Shown here piece by piece: positions 39,767 to 49,277 of a DNA stretch of 60,963 bases (position 1 is the first letter of the stretch; every line of letters starts with the position of its first letter). This DNA is from an uncultured Desulfatiglans sp. (GTDB lineage: Bacteria; Desulfobacterota; DSM-4660; Desulfatiglandales; HGW-15): the NCBI GenBank assembly GCA_964643755.1, contig CAZXUA010000005.1:1-60963 (forward strand), given 5' to 3'. The notes under the pieces were generated by a model. It saw only the letters and a list, made by a program, of their open reading frames with translations, was not told where the DNA came from and searched no databases. Both the position numbers and the translations under genes were made by a program.

Positions 39767-41146
39767 TTATCTCATCGCCTCAAGCAGACCCTCACCCACC
39801 TTATAAACATCACCGGCACCGAGGGTAATAACCCTGTCACCGGGCCTTACCATCTCCTTTATTAATGAGAGGGCATGGTCATGATTATTGGCAAGATACA
39901 CCTCCTTATGGCCATGCTCCTTTATGCCTTTATAAAGCCATTCAGAATCAACACCCTCTATCGGCCTTTCACTCGCCGCATAAATCGGCTCAATAATGAG
40001 TACATCAGAGTGATTGAAGCTGATTACAAACCTGTCATAGAGCTCCTTTGTCCTTGTGTATCTGTGGGGCTGAAAGACAACTATCACCCTGTTCTCGGGC
40101 CATGAATTCCTTGCTGCATCAAGGGTTGCCATTATCTCTGTCGGGTGATGGCCGTAATCGTCTATCACCATAACATTATTTTTCTCCCCCTTTTTCTGGA
40201 ACCTTCTGGCGAGCCCGCCAAGATCAGACAGCCCCTTTTTAATATGATCAAGGTCTATATTCAGCTCCATGCCTACACCTACAGCAGCAAGGGCATTAAG
40301 CACGCTGTGTGTCCCGGGCATACCGACTTTCATGCGGCCCAGGCTTTCACCTTTATGAATCACCTCAAAATCCGAGCTGAATGTCTGTCTGCTGATATCC
40401 TTTGCGCGCAGGTCGGCCTGTGAGGTAAGCCCGTAGGTGATATAACGTTTTTTAAGCCTTGGGATGATATTCTGTATCTCTTCATTATCAAGGCAGAGGA
40501 TCGCTGCCCCGTAAAATGGAATCTTATTTATAAAACTTACAAAGGCATTTCTTATCGCATCCATGTCGCGGTAATGATCCATATGTTCACGGTCTATATT
40601 TGTGACAACAGCAATCGTGGGTGAAAGCATCATAAATGATCCGTCGCTTTCATCTGACTCTGCGACAAGTATGTCACCCTGCCCCAGCTTGGCATTGGAG
40701 CCTCCCCATATATCAAGCCTACCCCCTATAAGCACCGTGGGGTCAAGCCCTGCTGCTGTTACTATTGAGGCAACCATTGATGTTGTGGTCGTCTTGCCGT
40801 GCGCCCCTGCAATGGAAACGCCATATTTGAGCCGCATCAGCTCTGCAAGCATCTCCGCCCTCTGTATTACAGGTATATACCTCTCGCCCGCTGCAATTAT
40901 CTCAGGGTTTTCAGGAGATACTGCGGATGAATAGACTACAACGTCAGCCCCTTCAATATTTTTCGCATCATGCCCTATAAAAACATTGCCTCCAAGTCTG
41001 GCAATCCTCATGGATGCGGGCGAATCCCTGAGATCACTTCCGCTTACTTTATATCCAAGATTAAGAAGGAGCTCGGCAATACCGCTCATGCCGATACCGC
41101 CGACCCCTACAAAGTGTATATGTTTTGTCTTTTCAAATGTTTTCAT
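39767..41146 (-). CDS. murC: UDP-N-acetylmuramate--L-alanine ligase
   Basis: HFVGVGGIGMSGIAE and GAHGKTTTTSM motifs. Confidence 0.93.
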   Translation of the reverse strand: MKTFEKTKHIHFVGVGGIGMSGIAELLLNLGYKVSGSDLRDSPASMRIARLGGNVFIGHDAKNIEGADVVVYSSAVSPENPEIIAAGERYIPVIQRAEMLAELMRLKYGVSIAGAHGKTTTTSMVASIVTAAGLDPTVLIGGRLDIWGGSNAKLGQGDILVAESDESDGSFMMLSPTIAVVTNIDREHMDHYRDMDAIRNAFVSFINKIPFYGAAILCLDNEEIQNIIPRLKKRYITYGLTSQADLRAKDISRQTFSSDFEVIHKGESLGRMKVGMPGTHSVLNALAAVGVGMELNIDLDHIKKGLSDLGGLARRFQKKGEKNNVMVIDDYGHHPTEIMATLDAARNSWPENRVIVVFQPHRYTRTKELYDRFVISFNHSDVLIIEPIYAASERPIEGVDSEWLYKGIKEHGHKEVYLANNHDHALSLIKEMVRPGDRVITLGAGDVYKVGEGLLEAMR

Positions 41147-41148
41147 AA

Positions 41149-42306
41149 TTAATTCAGGTTACCACCTGTCAGTTTACACATCTCATACACAATATCCCTT
41201 GCCGCATCAGGCCTTGCCTGTTTTTTACAACTCTCACCCATCCTTAATAACAAACCCCTGTCATTATTGAACACCATTATCTTTTCTGCCAGCATATTCC
41301 CATCAGCCCCCTGCTGGTTCAGCATAACAGCGCCGCCAGACCTTACAAGTGCCATTGCATTTGACTCCTGATGATTATTCGCGGAATTGGGAAGTGGTAT
41401 AAGAATAGCCGGCCTTCCCATTGCAGCGAGTTCAAATATGGTCCCTGCGCCTGCCCTTCCTATGAATATATCAGCCTGCTCATATGCATCCCTCATGTTA
41501 TCTATAAATGGGGTTAATAGCCCCTTTAAGCCGCGACTCTCATATTCCCTTTTTATCCTTTCATAATCCACATGCCCGGTGTGATGTATTACCTCCGGGA
41601 ATACCCCCCTCTCTTTCATTGCCGTAAGGGCGTCAATGAAAAGGGTGTTAATCGCAACAGCCCCCTGGCTCCCCCCTGTTACAAATATTGTTAAACTCTC
41701 CTTTTCAGCCCCCGGTGGTTTTACCCCTCCTTTAAAAAGATCCCTGACAGGGTTTCCTGTCAGAAGTATTTTCTTGGCAGAAAAAAATTGTCTGCTCTCT
41801 TCAAAGGATATAAACACCCTGTCAGCTATCCTGCTCAGGAGCCTGTTTGTAATCCCGGGATATGAGTTTTGCTCATGTATCACAACAGGTATCCCCATCA
41901 ATCTGCCAGCAAGGCACAACGGCCCTGAAGAGTAACCTCCTACACCAAGGATGATGTCAGGAGATTCCCTTCTTATAATGGCCATGGATTGAAAAAGGCT
42001 CAGTGGCAGCTTAAACAGGGCCATCAATGTTTCTAGAATCCCCTTTCCCTTGATGCCTTTTACTGTAAGGCGCTCCTGCCTGAAACCCGCCTTCTCAAGT
42101 ATCTGTGTCTCAAGCTCCTTACCTGCTGTGACAAAGAGTATATCTGTCCCAGGGTTTCTGTTCCTGAACTCATTGCCAACCGCTATCCCCGGGAACAGAT
42201 GCCCGCCGGTACCCCCACCGGCAATTATAACCTTAAGCCTTTTCTCTCCTGTTTCTATTTCTCTTTTTCTCCCTGTCTTCTTAACCTTATACCGCCTGTC
42301 CTCCAT
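41149..42306 (-). CDS. murG: Undecaprenyl-PP-MurNAc-pentapeptide GlcNAc transferase
   Basis: GGGTGGHLFPG motif preceded by an N-terminal extension of about 24 aa, rich in Lys/Arg. Confidence 0.9.
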   Translation of the reverse strand: MEDRRYKVKKTGRKREIETGEKRLKVIIAGGGTGGHLFPGIAVGNEFRNRNPGTDILFVTAGKELETQILEKAGFRQERLTVKGIKGKGILETLMALFKLPLSLFQSMAIIRRESPDIILGVGGYSSGPLCLAGRLMGIPVVIHEQNSYPGITNRLLSRIADRVFISFEESRQFFSAKKILLTGNPVRDLFKGGVKPPGAEKESLTIFVTGGSQGAVAINTLFIDALTAMKERGVFPEVIHHTGHVDYERIKREYESRGLKGLLTPFIDNMRDAYEQADIFIGRAGAGTIFELAAMGRPAILIPLPNSANNHQESNAMALVRSGGAVMLNQQGADGNMLAEKIMVFNNDRGLLLRMGESCKKQARPDAARDIVYEMCKLTGGNLN

Positions 42307-42355
42307 AGCTTTAGTGAAGGAGGATAAACCTGATACCGCATACCTTACAGCTTGT

Positions 42356-43459
42356 TTACTTCCTTGCCGATATGCTCATCAAAATGCCCATCCCAGCCAT
42401 ATTGACAAGAAGGGATGAACCCCCATAGCTCAAAAATGGGAGGGTCAGTCCCTTTGTCGGCAATAGTCCCATCACAACCCCCATGTTTATTATTACCTGA
42501 AGCCCCATCAGTATGGTAACCCCCAGGGCAAGATAACTGCTGTACAGATCAGGGGCATCAAGGGCTATCTTCAAGCCCCTTATTATCAGTATCAAAAACA
42601 GCATTATGATAAAGGCAATACCTATCAGTCCAAGCTCCTCTGCAAGTATGCTGAGTATGAAATCGGTATGCGACTCAGGCAGATAAAGGAGCTTCTGTTT
42701 GCTGTTTCCAAGGCCGACACCCAGTAACCCTCCTGAACCAAAGGCCAGAAAGGAATGGATGATCTGGAACCCGAAACCCTGAGGGTCTTCCCACGGTTTA
42801 AGGTAGCCCATGAGACGGTGTATCCTGTACTGCTCATGCATAATAAGATAATAGATAGCCGGAGCAGCAGCAATTACTATAGAAACAAGATGAAAGATAT
42901 TCATCCCCGCAACAAACATCATTATGATCATCCAGGAGCCTATGATCACAGTTGTTCCAAGATCAGGCTGGATAAGTATCAGGGACATAAATGCGCCGAC
43001 AACCATAAGATGAGGCAAAAGCCCCTTGGTAAAGCTTGACATGTAATCAGCCTTTTTAGACATGGAATAGGCCATATAGATAGCAAGGGATATTTTGACC
43101 AGCTCTGATGGCTGAGGCACAAGAGGGCCAAGCTTGATCCACCTCTGTGCGCCGCCAACCTTTTTCCCGATCCCCGGTATAAAGACCATTATGAGCATTA
43201 TAAAACTAATAAAGAGAAGCGGGTACACAAGGCCTTTATATTTCTCAACAGGGATATTCTTGATTATGAAAAGGAGAAAAAACCCGAGGAGCACAAAAAA
43301 GCCCTGCTTTGCCAGATAGAAATTACTATCCTGATACTTGTGCGCAGCAAGGAATGAGCTTGAGCTGTATATGGCCACAAGCCCCATCCCCAGCAGAATT
43401 ATCGTAGGGATAAGAATAAAAAAATCATATCCCCCTGCTGTATTTTTTCTCTCACTCAT
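42356..43459 (-). CDS. ftsW: SEDS-family peptidoglycan polymerase/lipid II flippase FtsW
   Basis: 367-aa polytopic SEDS protein (...QPSELVK..., TDFI...EELG). Confidence 0.9.
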   Translation of the reverse strand: MSERKNTAGGYDFFILIPTIILLGMGLVAIYSSSSFLAAHKYQDSNFYLAKQGFFVLLGFFLLFIIKNIPVEKYKGLVYPLLFISFIMLIMVFIPGIGKKVGGAQRWIKLGPLVPQPSELVKISLAIYMAYSMSKKADYMSSFTKGLLPHLMVVGAFMSLILIQPDLGTTVIIGSWMIIMMFVAGMNIFHLVSIVIAAAPAIYYLIMHEQYRIHRLMGYLKPWEDPQGFGFQIIHSFLAFGSGGLLGVGLGNSKQKLLYLPESHTDFILSILAEELGLIGIAFIIMLFLILIIRGLKIALDAPDLYSSYLALGVTILMGLQVIINMGVVMGLLPTKGLTLPFLSYGGSSLLVNMAGMGILMSISARK

Positions 43460-44810
43460 TTTTTAGGCCTTCCACCTTCTCCCTGAAAACCATGCCCCTG
43501 TGGCTGTAGTCAGTAAACATATCAAAACTGGAACAGGCAGGGGCAAGAAGCACCACATCACCCTTATACGCTGCCATGTATGCCTTTTTTACTGCATCTG
43601 CCATATCCGATGCATACTCGAAAGGGATATTATCTTTAAATGCATCACCCAGCATAAAACGCGCCTCGCCCATAAAGATGCCTCTTTTAACACACCGTTT
43701 TGATACCCTTACAAGCGGATCATATTCTCCGCCCTTGTGAACACCCCCTGCAATAAGGATTACCGGCCTATCAAATACCTCAATAGATTTAACTGCCGCA
43801 TCAACGTTCGTGGCCTTTGAATCATCATAGAAATCTATTCCCGATATATTTGCAACATGCTCTATCCTGTGATGAAGCCCTTTAAAATCCAGAATGGTTT
43901 CCTGGATACACTCTTTTTCAATGCCGGCGCACAGGGCAACAAGCACAACCGCCATCAGATTGCTCAGGTTATGAACCCCGGGGAGTTTAAACCCATCAAG
44001 AGAGAAAGCATGGTCATTCTTCCCGGGGATAGAGGCTATAAGCCTGTTTCCGTCTATGTATGCATTGCTTCTATCCGACCTCTTTAATCCATAACGGAGC
44101 ACTGTCACATCCTTTTGAGGCATAAAATTATGAAGCAGGGGGTCATCATCATTAAATATTGCATACTGCCCCATTGCCTGATTTTTTGTGATGCTCAGTT
44201 TTGACCTTGCATAGGCATCAAAACTCTCATACCTGTCAAGATGGTCAGGGGTTATGTTCAATATCAGCGAGACAAAGGGGTTGAACCTCTCTGCTGTATC
44301 AAGCTGAAAGCTGCTGACCTCTACAAGAACAAAGTCGGATTTTACCCCCTCTGATACATAATCCATAAGAGGCGTCCCTATATTGCCTCCTGCAAAAAGA
44401 GACCGCCCTGACCTCTTTATTATCTCTTCAATAAAGCTCACGGTTGTCGTCTTTCCGTTTGTGCCGGTTACAGCCAGGATAGGCGAATCAATAAGCCTTG
44501 AGGCCATCTCAAACTCACCTGATATGGGGATGCCCTTTTCCCTTGCCGCAGCAAGGGGTTTAATATCAAGAGGCACACCCGGGCTGACAATAATCATGTC
44601 CGCATTCAAAAAGGTTGCAAGTTTATGCCCTCCAACCTCTAGTTTTATGCCTGAATCTCTGACCTCTTTCAGGATATCAGCATCAAGTGCGCTTTCAGGC
44701 TTTATGTCCCCTACAGTGACATTCGCGCCCCTCTTGATAAGACACCTGGCCGTGGAAAGACCCGATTTTCCAAAACCCACAACCATGATTTTTTTACCCC
44801 TGAAATCCAT
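43452..44810 (-). CDS. murD: UDP-N-acetylmuramoylalanine--D-glutamate ligase
   Basis: GFGKSGLS Rossmann motif and GTNGKTTT P-loop. Confidence 0.92.
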   Translation of the reverse strand: MDFRGKKIMVVGFGKSGLSTARCLIKRGANVTVGDIKPESALDADILKEVRDSGIKLEVGGHKLATFLNADMIIVSPGVPLDIKPLAAAREKGIPISGEFEMASRLIDSPILAVTGTNGKTTTVSFIEEIIKRSGRSLFAGGNIGTPLMDYVSEGVKSDFVLVEVSSFQLDTAERFNPFVSLILNITPDHLDRYESFDAYARSKLSITKNQAMGQYAIFNDDDPLLHNFMPQKDVTVLRYGLKRSDRSNAYIDGNRLIASIPGKNDHAFSLDGFKLPGVHNLSNLMAVVLVALCAGIEKECIQETILDFKGLHHRIEHVANISGIDFYDDSKATNVDAAVKSIEVFDRPVILIAGGVHKGGEYDPLVRVSKRCVKRGIFMGEARFMLGDAFKDNIPFEYASDMADAVKKAYMAAYKGDVVLLAPACSSFDMFTDYSHRGMVFREKVEGLKNE

Positions 44811-44811
44811 G

Positions 44812-45891
44812 CTACCTCAGCTTTAATGTGCTCATTGATAAAAGGGTCAATATTATTGCAATTATCCAGAAACGCACTGTTACCTTTGTCTCAGGCCACC
44901 CCTTAAGTTCAAAATGATGATGGATAGGGGCCATCCTGAATATCCTGTGGCCGCCTGATATCTTGAAATACCCCACCTGAAATATTACAGAGAGTGTTTC
45001 AACCACAAAAAGCCCTCCAACGATTAAGAGGGTAATCTCCTGCTTTGTAATCACCGCCACTGTCCCAAGTATTGCGCCAAGCGGAAGAGAGCCCACATCG
45101 CCCATGAAGACCTCAGCCGGGTGAGAGTTAAACCACAGGAACCCGAGGCCTGCGCCAACAACAGCCCCACACAGCACTGCCATCTCACCGCTTCCTGCCA
45201 CATAGGGGATAAGGAGATAGGATGAGAACTTGATATTTCCTGAGAGATATGAAAATACAAGATAACTCATAAATGCTATTATTATAGGGCCTATTGCCAG
45301 GCCATCAAGCCCGTCAGTCAGATTAACAGCGTTTGAAAAACCTACTATTATAAATATTGCAAAAGGGATGTACCAGGCACCCAGGTCAGGGGTAATATTT
45401 TTAAAAAAGGGTATATTCATCTGTGTATCAAACCCCGGATAAAAATAGAGAGATGCGGCTACAGGAAGCGCTATAATGCATTGCAGGAGCAACTTGCCCC
45501 TGGCACTGAGCCCTTCGCTGCTTTTCCTTGCCACCTTTAATGCATCATCCCGTAATCCTATAAGACCAAAAGCAAAAGCAACGTAGAGAGTGAGCCATAT
45601 ATATATATTGCTCAATTCACCCCATAACAGAACTGAGACTATGATTACCGAGATAATTATACATCCTCCCATAGTGGGTGTTCCGGCCTTTCCCATATGG
45701 GTTTTAGGGCCGTCATCACGAATATACTGTTTAAGCTGCAATGAACCCAGTTTTCTGATTGCCCATTTCCCAAAAACGATAAAAAAAATAATCGATGTGA
45801 GTGTGGCAAGTACAGTCCTGAAGGAATGATATCTGAAGAGATTCACCCAGGAGAAATCTATGTTTAATAATAGTAATATTCTATGCAGCAT
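44812..45891 (-). CDS. mraY: Phospho-N-acetylmuramoyl-pentapeptide transferase
   Basis: MraY motifs (K.GTPTMGG, NLTDGLDGLA, HHHFE). ATG 45891 is preferred; it overlaps the receiver gene stop by 11 nt. Confidence 0.93.
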   Translation of the reverse strand: MLHRILLLLNIDFSWVNLFRYHSFRTVLATLTSIIFFIVFGKWAIRKLGSLQLKQYIRDDGPKTHMGKAGTPTMGGCIIISVIIVSVLLWGELSNIYIWLTLYVAFAFGLIGLRDDALKVARKSSEGLSARGKLLLQCIIALPVAASLYFYPGFDTQMNIPFFKNITPDLGAWYIPFAIFIIVGFSNAVNLTDGLDGLAIGPIIIAFMSYLVFSYLSGNIKFSSYLLIPYVAGSGEMAVLCGAVVGAGLGFLWFNSHPAEVFMGDVGSLPLGAILGTVAVITKQEITLLIVGGLFVVETLSVIFQVGYFKISGGHRIFRMAPIHHHFELKGWPETKVTVRFWIIAIILTLLSMSTLKLR

Positions 45892-46285
45892 TTCGCCTTC
45901 TTTTCTGTTGAGAACCCTTGGGTTCAAGGGCTGATATTACTGTATTGAGAAGATGATCCACCCTGAAGGGTTTTTTTAACTGCGCAAAAACCGGCATGGA
46001 CTCCTTATTTAAACTGGTATGATCCACCGGTTCACCGCTTATTAAAATAACCTTTTCCCTTCGACCCCTTTTCTTCATCATCCTTATAAGTTCCAGACCG
46101 TTGAGCTTCGGCATATTTATGTCTGTTATCAAAAGATCAAAACGTCTTTTTCCTAACTGGCGCAAAGAGTCCATGCCGTTTACTGCAAGGGTAACATTAT
46201 ACCCCTCCTCCATCAGGGCATCCGATAAAAGTGCCCTTATCCCGGCCTCATCATCTACCACCATTATTTTCTTTGATCTTGCCAT
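45881..46285 (-). CDS. Stand-alone CheY-like receiver-domain response regulator
   Basis: 134 aa with a full receiver signature: VVDDE, LLITDINMP (phospho-Asp), ILISG, LKKPF. AAGGAGG RBS 9 nt upstream. Overlaps the murF 3' end by 22 nt and the mraY start by 11 nt. Confidence 0.85.
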   Translation of the reverse strand: MARSKKIMVVDDEAGIRALLSDALMEEGYNVTLAVNGMDSLRQLGKRRFDLLITDINMPKLNGLELIRMMKKRGRREKVILISGEPVDHTSLNKESMPVFAQLKKPFRVDHLLNTVISALEPKGSQQKRRRNAA

Positions 46286-47706
46286 CGTAATATACCTCCT
46301 TTCTGCCTGATATCCTTCAAGCCCTGAACCACCTTTTCAAGCCCCATCATGCGCGACCCCTTTAAGAGGATGAGATCGCCCTTTTCCACGACATCATTTA
46401 TCCCCTTAACCATGTCATGGTGAGATTTGACCATAATGGCCCGCTCCTCCGGAAACCCTGCATCTAAAGCGCCCTCACGCATGTATCGGGCATGGGCGCC
46501 AATAGCAAACAGAAACCTGGCACCTGTCCCGGCAACCACTCTTCCAGCCTCAATATGCGCCTCAATAGCCCCATCCCCCAGCTCAAGCATATCCCCAAGA
46601 CCCACTATCATTCGCCGTGTGCAACCAGCCTTTTCCTTTGCTACATCAAGGGCGGCCTTCAGGGAAGATGGGTTAGAGTTGTAGGTATCATCCAGCAACA
46701 GAACATCATCAGAAAGAATAACGCTAATCAGCCTTCCTTTTACACCTTTAAATTTTTTTAGCCCGCGGGCTATGTTTTCCTTTTTCTCATTCAGACATAT
46801 TGCAACAGAAGCGGCTGCAAGTGAGTTGATCAGGTTATGCATGCCTGACACGGGAAGCATTACAGGGATGCTATCATTCCTGTATTTCAGGCTGTATGAA
46901 ACGCCCCCCTCACCGGAGATATTGATATCTTCAGCGCTTACATCATTTTCAGGGCCGACCCCGAATGTAAAATATTTTCGGTTGAACCGGATCGCCTCTT
47001 TCATCAGAACAGTGTCATCACCGAACAGGATGACCTTTGCTTCTGGCCGCATCTCTTCGATCATCTCAGTTTTTGCGCGCGCAACCCCCTGTATATCACC
47101 CACACCCTCAAGATGTACCGGACCCACATTGGTAATAAGACCGACATCAGGGTCTGAAATCCTTGTAAGCCTCCTGATCTCATTGAAATGGTTCATGCCC
47201 ATCTCAAGTACAGCCCTTTTATGTTTATCTGTAAGCCCCAAAAGGGTAAGGGGCAGCCCTACGAGATTGTTAAAATTCCCCTGGTTCTTAAGTGTCTCAC
47301 TCCCCTCTTCAAGGATGCATGCTGTCATCTCCTTTGTTGTTGTCTTACCCATGCTCCCTGTAATTGAAACCACCTTTACATCATGGCTGTGCCTGATAAA
47401 TCCGGCAAAATCACCGAGGGCAGTAAGAGTGTCTCTTACCTTGATGACAGCGGCCTGCAAATCCTCTAGGACATTTTTCTCATCATCAACAACAACACAA
47501 ACTGCTCCCTTTTTAACTGCCTCAGCCAAAAAATTATGACCATCAAAATTCTCACCTTTTAGCGCTATAAAAACCTCACCCTTTTTTATCTCCCTGGTAT
47601 CAGTGCTCACACCGTTGATCACAGAGTCAGGCTTTCCGCTGACAAGCTGACCATTTATCGGGGCCAGAAATTCCTTCACGCTTATCGCTTTTGAGATTGC
47701 AGTCAT
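46264..47706 (-). CDS. murF: UDP-MurNAc-tripeptide--D-alanyl-D-alanine ligase
   Basis: ITGSMGKTTTKEM P-loop; Mur ligase middle and C-terminal domains. Confidence 0.92.
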   Translation of the reverse strand: MTAISKAISVKEFLAPINGQLVSGKPDSVINGVSTDTREIKKGEVFIALKGENFDGHNFLAEAVKKGAVCVVVDDEKNVLEDLQAAVIKVRDTLTALGDFAGFIRHSHDVKVVSITGSMGKTTTKEMTACILEEGSETLKNQGNFNNLVGLPLTLLGLTDKHKRAVLEMGMNHFNEIRRLTRISDPDVGLITNVGPVHLEGVGDIQGVARAKTEMIEEMRPEAKVILFGDDTVLMKEAIRFNRKYFTFGVGPENDVSAEDINISGEGGVSYSLKYRNDSIPVMLPVSGMHNLINSLAAASVAICLNEKKENIARGLKKFKGVKGRLISVILSDDVLLLDDTYNSNPSSLKAALDVAKEKAGCTRRMIVGLGDMLELGDGAIEAHIEAGRVVAGTGARFLFAIGAHARYMREGALDAGFPEERAIMVKSHHDMVKGINDVVEKGDLILLKGSRMMGLEKVVQGLKDIRQKGGILRWQDQRK

Positions 47707-49205
47707 AGGGCCTCCACCGCCTTTAATGCCTCTTCCCTGTCATCAAAGTGCCTTTTTGTATGCCCTGTTATCTGGTAATCCTCATGCCCCTTTCCTGCTA
47801 TGAAAATAATATCATCTGTGTCTGCAACGGAGACGGCCATTCTAATGGCCAAACCACGATCAGCCTCGATCAGGTAGGTATTGTTTTCAGGATGAGCCCC
47901 TTGCGCCCTTTTCATGCCTGATTCTACCACCCCTTTTTCTATCTGGTTTATTATAGATTCAGGCTCTTCTGTCCTTGGGTTATCAGAGGTAATGATCACT
48001 ATATCGCTGCTTTTTCCTGCAATAAGACCCATGTCATACCTCTTGCCTTTGTCCCTGTCGCCGCCGCATCCGAAAACCGTAATAAGCCTTTTCTTTACAA
48101 AAGGACGCAGGTTGTTCAGCGCCTTTGAGAGGGCATCGGGCTTATGTGAGTAGTCAACGATTATGTAGAGGCCTGCCCTGTTTGGCACCCTTTCGAGCCT
48201 ACCAGGAACCCTTCTGAGATCTGCTATGCCCTCTTTAATTTTTTCCAGAGTTACCCCTGATGCAAGCGCTGCCCCGGTAGCAGCAAGGATATTATAGATA
48301 TTCACCTCACCTAACAGCGGTGATTTTATCTCTATGCTGCCTAATGGGGTTATTAGTTCTGCGCTTAGCCCGTTCATATCGGCCTTTATTTTTTCCGCCC
48401 TGATATCCCAGTTGCCATTCAGGCCATATGTGAGAACAGACGCCTTTGTTAACCCGCATAATTTTATTCCACGCGGATCATCCATATTTATAACAGCGCA
48501 GCTTTTTTTATCATTCACCATAAGAGGCAGGTTTTTAAAGAGCTCACTCTTGGCCTCAAAATAGCTCTCCAGGGAATCATGATAATCAAGATGATCCCGT
48601 GAGAGGTTTGTAAATACTGCAACCCTGAAAGGAAGATCAATTGTCCTTTTCTGATGAAGAGCATGAGAGGATGCCTCCAGAACAAGATTGGTTACGCCCT
48701 CATTTGCCATTTCGCTTGCAATGCACATCAGGTCAAGGGATTCGGGCGTGGTTACAGATGAAGGGGTTACACTGCCCATGAACCTGTTGTTTACAGTGCC
48801 GATCACCCCTGTTTTTTTACCCGCTGCTGACAGCATTGATTCAATCATGTATGTTACTGTTGTCTTCCCGCTCGTCCCTGTGACACCTGTGACATCCATC
48901 TCCCTGAAGGGGTAGCCGTAGAACCTTTCAGCAAGCCTTGATAATTCCCGCCTTGTATCAGAAACCTTAATAACAGCGATCTCAGGAGGCAGGCTGACAT
49001 CATTTTCAACAAGCACAGCGCTTGCCCCATTATCTATGGCTGTTTTAATAAACAGATGACCGTCAAGGGCATTACCCTTTATTGCCACAAAAAGCCACCC
49101 CGATTTTATCTTTCTTGAATCATAGCTCAGACCGGTAATATCAGGGTCAGGATTCCCAGCCAGTTTGTATCCTTTAATGGCCTCCAGTAAATACGACAGT
49201 CTCAT
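47703..49205 (-). CDS. murE: UDP-MurNAc-L-Ala-D-Glu--2,6-diaminopimelate ligase
   Basis: GVTGTSGKTT P-loop and DNPR motif (ITSDNPRTE). Confidence 0.92.
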   Translation of the reverse strand: MRLSYLLEAIKGYKLAGNPDPDITGLSYDSRKIKSGWLFVAIKGNALDGHLFIKTAIDNGASAVLVENDVSLPPEIAVIKVSDTRRELSRLAERFYGYPFREMDVTGVTGTSGKTTVTYMIESMLSAAGKKTGVIGTVNNRFMGSVTPSSVTTPESLDLMCIASEMANEGVTNLVLEASSHALHQKRTIDLPFRVAVFTNLSRDHLDYHDSLESYFEAKSELFKNLPLMVNDKKSCAVINMDDPRGIKLCGLTKASVLTYGLNGNWDIRAEKIKADMNGLSAELITPLGSIEIKSPLLGEVNIYNILAATGAALASGVTLEKIKEGIADLRRVPGRLERVPNRAGLYIIVDYSHKPDALSKALNNLRPFVKKRLITVFGCGGDRDKGKRYDMGLIAGKSSDIVIITSDNPRTEEPESIINQIEKGVVESGMKRAQGAHPENNTYLIEADRGLAIRMAVSVADTDDIIFIAGKGHEDYQITGHTKRHFDDREEALKAVEAL

Positions 49206-49277
49206 TGCCTTTTAATAACCCCTGATATTAAAACTCAAGTCTAAAAAATTTCATATTCACAACATCATAAACACATT

